Assembly: GCA_032718475.1 (NCBI GenBank) | Contig: JAUCBJ010006438.1 | Coordinates: 1-35,851, forward strand | DNA length: 35,851 bases | Reading direction: 5' to 3' | Source of the DNA: Nemertoderma westbladi | Taxonomy: Eukaryota > Animalia > Xenacoelomorpha | In this document: positions 33,852-35,851 of the stretch, piece by piece | Layout: every line of letters begins with the position of its first letter | Position numbering within the stretch: position 1 is the stretch's first letter | Translations under genes and position numbers: made by a program | Notes under the pieces: generated by a model | Databases searched by the model: none | Seen by the model: only the letters and a program-made list of their open reading frames with translations | What the model was told of the DNA's origin: nothing

Positions 33852-33990
33852 GTTGCCTTGGCTCCGATTATCGACCAGTCAAGGATGAAAGCCAGGGTTG
33901 GGCTAGACTGCAACATTTAAATCACTGCCCCCAAACAGTGCTGCCTCATCTAGGGATCGAACCAGCGCCTCCTGATTGGAATGTCACCAC
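33852..33990 (-). mobile_element. tRNA-derived SINE (partial head + central domain)
   Basis: B box ggttcgatccc, then ggctttcatccttgactggtcgataa, resembling the conserved central domain of widespread metazoan SINEs (Deu/Nin-type, from memory). Confidence 0.6.
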
Positions 33991-34087
33991 TATAAGTTGT
34001 TTCTCAATTAAATTTGGTTTTCTACAATATTTCCAACTCTCGTTTATTGTTTTGGTTCCTTTCAACCCGCCTCTGTTACCTGCGTCT

Positions 34088-35206
34088 GTGGTCAGGTCAG
34101 GTATTCTAGGTCATTGATCAAGAAAACTTGCCACCTCCATGCAGCATAAAGGAGGTGCCACCTGTAGCTGCATAGACCCTCTTACTAGGGCAAATCTGGT
34201 CCTGTAACTAGGACCCCCTTCGTTCTGGGATAAGGACGCCCTTGGTCCTGGATTAAGGACCCATATACTTGGCTGCAGGGGTATATGGCCTGGCCAGGCA
34301 GATGGTGATCTACCAATGGCTGGTCAGGAGTAGAGTGTTCTCATGTCCACTCTGAGTGCACTTCACTGCGACCTGCACCTGGCAGCAGGGGTACAGGGCA
34401 TGACCCAGCAGATGAGCTACACAACCAATGGTGGGTCATGTGCGCCAGAGTAGATATGGGTGATGGGCCTCATATCTGACTCCACTGCGACACCCACCCT
34501 GTGGAATGGCAAACCAGGGTGTGGTATTTGCCCCGAGAGCTGACTCGGCATAAAAGCACCCCTCAACCCCCACTATGGATTACATTAGTAATGCGGAGGT
34601 CCGGCCACTAGAGGCCAGTGGAATTACCGGACACAATCGGCCTCACAGGCGTCAGTTATCTCCTGACCGGCTGCCTGTCTCACCCCCTACTGGAGAGAGA
34701 GCAGCCAACAACTCTTTGAGTCCCTTTCCTGATGACCTTTCTGGCCCAAACCCTGGGTCACCAGGGAGGCCAGATTGTATGGGGTAGAGGGATTCTGGAG
34801 TTGGAGGCTACTCTCATGTTCCACCCCGACCAACAAAGCCATTGGTGAATCTGATGCAAGTCACTAGACTAGCCTCAGTAAACACCCTAACACTCGGGTC
34901 CCCAATGCGACAAGGTGAGCCGACTGCCTTGGCAGATAAGCTTTCTCTTAGCGCAGTGGGTGTTCAAGAGCACCGTATGCAGACTGGACAGACTGATGAG
35001 ATTCTGATTAAGGACATGGGGTGAATAAGCATGGTGGCCAGCCCATGACTTTCTTGAGACGCATCTTAAAGGACACTGGCCTTGAAGATTCGGATGATCT
35101 AGCAAATGTCATGGTTGATAGGGAGTTGTGGCGGCGTAATTTTGTCGACAAGCCGGCACAGCATTCTTAAAAATGCAGCATGCCGACCTAGTAGTAGTAG
35201 TAGTAT
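34088..35206 (+). mobile_element. Internally deleted non-autonomous RTE derivative (5' UTR + APE start fused to 3' end)
   Basis: APE start RLASVNTLTL...AVGVQEHR joins at ~35015 to HGVNKHGGQPMTFLRRILKDTGL..MVDRELWR; (TAG)5 tail; candidate TSD ttacctgc(g/t)tct at 34076-34087 and 35207-35218. Confidence 0.8.
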
Positions 35207-35224
35207 TTACCTGCTTCTTTTTTT

Positions 35225-35420
35225 CTAACCGACCTAGAAGTTGGTGTATCTGTATAGGCGTACATGTAAGTGTAAGCGTAGGCATAGGCGTAGGCGTAGC
35301 GTTTACCTAACGTAGTAAAAGTAAATGCATATTTGCACCACCTATCTTAGAGATACGCACTGACGAACGGTTACGGATGAGAATTCCCCAACCATCAACA
35401 TGTGGTGGTAATATTATGAT
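35225..35420 (+). mobile_element. Possible Helentron-associated (DINE-like) 5' end
   Basis: T tract, short inverted repeat accgac...gttggt, then a (gcgtag)n microsatellite; 3' end not identified. Confidence 0.25.
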
Positions 35421-35851
35421 TACTGCATGATTGAGCCTCCTTCATATTATTGACACTGGCAAGACAAATTCGATATGAAAATGACTTAACGAACACCGTG
35501 ATTATTATGTTAGAGGCCTTAACAACATGACATTAACATTAAGAACAAAATTAAATTTGGTAATGTTTGTATTATCAGTGAGCAGAGCAGTTGTAGTGGT
35601 GCGTGAAATATTTCCTAGATTGCTAATCTATGATGGTTATAATAGATTGGCAGGCCGCAGGCACTTCATTTGAGGGTTTATTTTCACTGTAAGAATTTAA
35701 TGGAAAGGCCTTTTTCTTGGCTCACTTGGGAATAAACACGGAACCCACTGACTACTAAGGAGCAAGGAGGAGTAAGATAACAACGCAACCACTCACAATT
35801 ATAGCTTCAACTCTTTTAGGCGGATTAGCTGTAAATATTGGTGTTTTTGAA

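Noticed and set aside
34990-35010. CTGATGA hammerhead core
   Set aside because: No stem II or GAAA follows, and it lies inside the APE coding remnant.

Overview
AT-rich animal DNA, probably from a bilaterian invertebrate (inference), dominated by transposable elements. The only supportable host gene is the 3' part of a minus-strand non-fibrillar collagen. Its four phase-0 exons (33023-32901, 31395-31327, 30385-30182, 22568-22509) join to end in GLDAECPV|DKDGNPAYWC..., the C-x11-C signature of MACIT transmembrane collagens (XIII/XXIII/XXV, col-99). The largest structure is two diverged head-to-tail copies (6264-12290, 12342-17110) of an unclassified element without long TIRs. Both copies sit in one (CA)n tract at the end of a LINE ORF2, and each carries a TTAA-flanked MITE and a G-rich 33-bp VNTR. 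The rest is decayed LINEs (CR1/L2-group, RTE), an internally deleted RTE derivative, tRNA-derived SINE pieces (one spawning a 63-bp minisatellite), MITEs, LTR-like sequence and a 174-bp inverted-repeat/tRNA-half insertion. All calls are by eye; no database search was run.
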